NCBI GenBank assembly: GCA_000708835.1
Contig: DF236969.1
Location: 1 to 64,000 of the forward strand
Direction of reading: 5' to 3'
DNA: 64,000 nucleotides
Source: Klebsormidium nitens
Taxonomy: Eukaryota; Plantae; Klebsormidiophyceae
Part shown: in pieces, positions 59,396 through 64,000 of the stretch
How the letters are laid out: every line of letters starts with the position of its first letter
How positions within the stretch are numbered: position 1 is the first letter of the stretch
Program-made: the position numbers and the translations under genes
Notes under the pieces: generated by a model
The model's database searches: none
What the model saw: only the letters and a program-made list of their open reading frames with translations
What the model was told of the DNA's origin: nothing

Positions 59396-60041
59396 CGGTA
59401 TTGAGGCCGTAGTGGCGGGCCAGTGACGCAACTCAATCATCCGAAGTCAACATGTCAGGAGTCAGGAGTCAGGACTCAGGCAGCCCATGGTGGCGGCTCT
59501 TGGTCATGAACGGCCGGAAAATCGGCGATAAAATCCAGAAATTTACTGGGAACCTACTTGTGTCAGTATTATATGTCCAGGTGACAGGGGTGAGCTTTTG
59601 ACACAACTATGTAATCCAGGTTGCTCGTAAAGCACTGCCTAAAGGTGAGCGGCGGCCGTGAGCCTGTCCATTTGCCAGCGCGCTGGCGACTGGCGTTACA
59701 GCGTTTACGTCAAGTGATCAGTCGGCATATCGAAGGCGGACTCGACGATATGTGCCAAATCTGCGCGCCGCCGCACGGGGTTGGGCGACTTGCAGGTCCA
59801 ATCATTTTACCGTCTTTTGTGGTTGTAAATTCAAGACGTCATAGTGAAGTTGTGAACCGTGGCGCAACTCATCGCGTGGCCATGGCAGAGCGGCCGCACG
59901 TAGAACGGCGTCGCTCGAAGCGGATCGATAATTAATTGTCTCCCGTACCGCACGAGTCGACGACGCTGCATTACTCCGCGCGTCGATATGGGAACTTGGA
60001 AGTTGGAAGGTGATAACCAGGGACATTTAATATGGGTCCCC

Positions 60042-60281
60042 CAGGGAGTCGGGACCCATGTTAAATTGGGTTGCACAGAGGCAAATCGAACCCGATGCCC
60101 CTCGGGGCGGGCACTCTACGACCCGATTCGACTTTTGCTTTCTCCCGAGTCCGACTATCCGGCCGGAATCGGGACCTCCGGCCGCTGCATGCGGCGAAAG
60201 TTCGGCGTACGTTGTAACTCGAATGGGTTCATTTTGAGTTTGCCATGTGCCCGAGCCCGATCGGGTCGTCCCGACTCCCGG
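60042..60281. mobile_element. Possible decayed hAT-like miniature element
   Basis: 12-bp inverted repeat GGGAGTCGGGAC (60044-55 / 60268-79), CAGGG start and internal CCCGA/TCGGG motifs; no matching target-site duplication found. Confidence 0.35.
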
Positions 60282-61714
60282 GCACGGACAACTGGGCCTG
60301 GGCCGTCCCGACCTAGGTACTACCGTCTACGGTTACCAGTACCGTGAATTCGAATTTACTGGTCAAGTCCTTGGTCGGATATGACGATACTGGTCAAAAT
60401 CAAACTGGTGTGAGTCAGGCCGGAATCAATGAGGATCTGGTCTGCATACCGTATATGCTTCGGTAGTACGGTACTGAAATGTGCTGAGTGCATGATGCCA
60501 GTGCCACCGTACAGGCCGGTCCTGGCCAACATGAGACTTCTAGCTGGTCCTTTTATAACCAGGTAGATACTCAGACAGACTTTCAAAGGTGTCATGATGG
60601 CAGGTACCGTATTCTCTCGTAGATTGGGTTGTGGTACCCACTGTGATTGGCAAAGCCTGATCGAGAAACTAGGTAGTATAGGTACCGTCGGTACTTCAAC
60701 CTACCTACAGCTGGGTACCTCCCACAATTGATACCGTATAGGTACGTATCTCCTGATGTCAACATGCTTGACGTTTCTCATAAGGCTCTGCCGAGCGCAG
60801 TACCTGTGCAGTGTGCATGTATCACACATGCATCACTGGCTCGAGCTATGTGACTGACGGGAGTCACATGCTGCGTCCTCTGCGCAGTGCGCTGCCTTAA
60901 GTGTGCCACAAAGCTTTGTGGCACACAATTCGTCAGAGCATCAGAACTCAGCATCTGCATCATCTTTTTTACTGGTCACACGGATCACTAACTTGCACAC
61001 GAGCCGGCGAGGCTGCGGCGGCCCGCGGGTCATACCTACTGCCGTCACCGTGCCTGGATTAATGCAGCGCGACCTGAATCCTCCTGAGTCCTGGCCCCGG
61101 CAGATGTTGAAATAGTTTAATAATGCAGCCCGCCAGCCTACCATACACCTACTGCACATGATGGAAAGGAGTACGTTAGACTGTTGTAGTTCAGTCTACA
61201 GTACCTGAACCCTGTTGTACCTACGTTCCAACTTCCATGTCATGCCAGTACACTTCGCAATCCTCAATTGAAGACTGCTAAGCTTGCATACAAGCCAGGG
61301 CCAGGTACAGTACTTCCGAACACCCTGTGAAGTCACTTCTTAACATCCTGTTTCGGTCCTGTTTGCATTCTGCCACTGGCAGAAATTCTGGTATTAACGG
61401 TAGCCTGAGTAGGCCTTTGGGACTCGGGATACCAATCAGACTCAGGTATTGACATGCTGGTCGAGTCACGGTCAGGTGGACGCTCTGAAAGCAATATAGC
61501 GTATGCAGATAATAGCAGCTAGAGCTTCAAATTTGAAGAAGCGCCTTAGTGCGAGCTGTGCGGTCCGCTCAGTGTGCTTAGCAGAAAGTAATTAGGACCA
61601 GCAACTCCGCTCGAAGGGCACGCTCATAATACATATTTAAGCATTGGAGAAGAAGTAGGCCGGCGTCTAACCGTTTGCCTCATTCAAGGCCAAGAGCTCT
61701 CATCACCTCTCCCA

Positions 61715-63227
61715 ATGGCTCCCCTCCGTATGCTGCTGACGTGCGCGCTGCTTGCGGGCGTGCTGATCTCACTCGCAGAGCCGGCCGCTGCGGTAGACAG
61801 CTGCGCCTCGGGCTACAACTACTGCTATGATGCCAGTGGCACCAAACTGACGTGCTGCGTCTCCACGTAAGCCCTTCCGTTTTAGGCCTCCTTTCATGCC
61901 CCTCTTTTGCGCTGACACATTGTTTCCTTATGGAATGTCTGTTTGGAAGCTTTCTTGATGTCGTGATGAAGGTATCTCTCAGCCTGTGCTAGCGAGCTGG
62001 AACTGCCTCCAGACTGAATTTGCAAGTCCTCTTTTCCAAGGACCATGATGTCGTTTCGGCCACACGAGGTAGCTACTAAAACGACAATGACTGCAATGCG
62101 TGCAAGGGAGGTAACTCAGTTCCCTTTAAGAGCCTTCTCAGCTTTGCCAACTTTCTGTCTTACTATCCTGCAGCTGCGATAACTGCGATCTGGCTACGGG
62201 CCTTCCGCCAACAAGCCTGGCGTCAGGGGAATTCCAGATGATCGTAAAATTTATCTGCTCACCCAATCATCATCCTTCTAGCCAAAGCTTCCAAAGGGGC
62301 AGATGCGGGACATAATTGCTGAAAACGGACCTCCTTTCTCTAAGAAACCATTCTGGCAGGACTTTACTATAGAATGTGGGCGGTCTTGTCTGGTTGGGTT
62401 GAAGGACAGTAAAACATACTGCTGCGAAGGGATCTTGAATGAAACCGCGGGGCTTTGTTTGTGGTGGCTGCCTCCAAGGAGTTCCAGCTAGTTGCCTTGT
62501 CTGACAAGAAGCATTCCCTTCCTGCAATTCACCTCATGCAGGCATTGGTCTTTGGGCTGAAGGATTCACATTGTGCATCAAATAAGTTACGCTCGAGAGC
62601 CCAACAGTTTGAGTCTCAAGCAACATATCACCTGGTCCGTTTCGATTCAGCAGCCTTCTACGAGACGATTTAGTTTTGCTCCGGGTCAGGCACCCTTCAA
62701 ACCCACCCTTCTTACACGCAAAACCCAATGGCTCTTGTCATCTTCGTCGGTTGGGCTGTGGAAGAAGCTGATGTCCACACATTTATTAACTTCCTCAGCA
62801 GAGGACACGGAACCGGATAAAACCAAGACGAATGATAGTAAGCCCAGATAATAGTAAGGTAACCGCACTGTGACGGGTAGGGTTAGTATGGTGGTTAGGG
62901 TGGGTACGGGTGTGCGAAGCGGGTCTTTTAATTAAGGTTGGGGTTTTTAGTGTTAGTCGGAGCTTACTTCTATCTTGGCTTACTATCATCTTTCTTGAGA
63001 GTTATTAATACCGGCGTACAAATGAAGGGCGCAGTAAAATTATTGACTGTGCTCCTTTTCTGCAGCTTTATACTCGGTGCGCGTACCGACACCGTCGGAC
63101 CGCCACGAAGATTTTGCGGAGTATGGGGGCAGTGACGCCAAGATCGAGGACGGCTTCAATTTCAGCCTGGACTTTTTCACAGCGCTGCCTTCCAATCTGG
63201 ACAACTACACAAAGGCCGAGACTGCAG
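61715..63227 (+). CDS. Secreted protein D, paralog of A (signal peptide + six-Cys module + probable barrel); incomplete, probably continues past the window
   Basis: Exon 61715-61866 MAPLRMLLTCALLAGVLISLAEPAAAVDSCASGYNYCYDASGTKLTCCVS(T); exon from 62174 CDNCDLATG; same phase-2 intron position as gene A. Probable exon 63066-63227 LYSVRVP...EDGFNFSLDFF...YTKAETAG. Confidence 0.6.
62826..62995. mobile_element. Small inverted-repeat element with G-rich telomere-like core, copy 2 (intron of gene D)
   Basis: Arms 62826-62859 / 62962-62995 are inverted (27/34 match). Core GACGGGTAGGGTTAGTATGGTGGTTAGGGTGGGTACGGGTG..GCGGGT..AAGGTTGGGTTTTTAGT aligns with 50189-50263. Confidence 0.7.
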
Positions 63228-64000
63228 GTGGGCGCCTCACAACTGTCTGAGTTCGAAATTGCAATATCTACAGCTCTTTTCAAGCATCCTGCCGGTTTTG
63301 AGGTTAGACGACTAAGTTAGTCAAGTCGAAAATCATACAGCGTCAACTAACATCGACAAACTTTTAAGCTTCCCTCTCTATCTGAAACTGGCAGATTGCT
63401 TGCAGAGAGCTGTATCTGTAAGCGAAGCTGAAGATTGGTCTGTCTGGAAAGGCCCGTTCTTGAAATGACGAAAGCATATGAACTCGAACCAGGGATTGAA
63501 AGCACTAGAACACCAACAGAATCCAAAAACAACTGAAGGCTCGGTCTTCGCGAACAAAAATTCCGCTTGTGTGTAGATGTGGTAACCTGACCGCTGATGA
63601 TGCATAAAGCCTCTGGGCGCATCTGTTTTTGATTGAGCGCTTCTCTTTAAGTTCTGAGTCTTCTATTCGTGACGTGCACGTCTGGCGTAACGTAGGCGGC
63701 TTATGCACTCTTTGCTTTGCCGGCTACTGACCCGTTGGCCGCGAAAGAAGCTGTCTCGGTTTGTCTTCGAGCGGCTGCTCTTCCAATCCTGGTGTGCATT
63801 CGTCCGATGGCTTGTCCGAGTGGCCCAAACTTCACGATGGACCACTCTGCGAGCTCTGGGTTTGAACGGTGTCCACGTGTCACGGCCGCTGTCCTGTCTG
63901 CCATTCACAAGCAGTAGGATCCGCCCCCCCGTACTATCCTACGAGCGACTCTTGAGATCTGGGGTGTCTGTGTCTAAATTTGTCTCAGAGCAGCTGCGTC

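Noticed and set aside
62686-62868. Minus-strand ORF resembling a signal peptide plus a dirigent-like first strand (CVDISFFHS)
   Set aside because: No ATG start; the hydrophobic part derives from the inverted-repeat arm of the mini element; no further exons found.
63475-63525. tRNA-like GGTTCGAGT on the minus strand
   Set aside because: No cloverleaf can be built; spacing to a putative A box is too short.

Overview
Eukaryotic, intron-rich nuclear DNA from a green plant lineage. Gene content and intron style suggest a streptophyte alga such as Klebsormidium (inference, not tested). Genes reconstructed by hand from spliced exons: PGRL2-like (-) head-to-head with PGR5 (+); a plant AT5G35320-type unknown protein (-); peptide deformylase PDF1A (+); an AIFM2/FSP1-like flavoprotein (-); a YjbQ/UPF0047 protein (-) head-to-head with a 14-exon mitochondrial EF-G (+); and a cluster of four apparently secreted proteins, three with a clear and one with a probable allene-oxide-cyclase/dirigent-like barrel. 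MITE-like elements, GTAC-dense patches and short tandem duplications lie between them. The most unusual signal is in the EF-G introns: about 20 clear (plus about 7 faint) degenerate tandem 'echo' copies of splice junctions. Copies of branch point + AG + exon start are stacked upstream of exons; copies of exon end + GT donor are stacked downstream. Units are mostly 130-195 bp and divergence generally rises with distance from the live exon. Single echoes also occur in PDF1A and the FSP1-like gene. Also notable: PGR5 paired divergently with a gene of its PGRL partner family, and a new six-cysteine module on two cluster genes. All homology calls come from motif recognition; no database searches were run.
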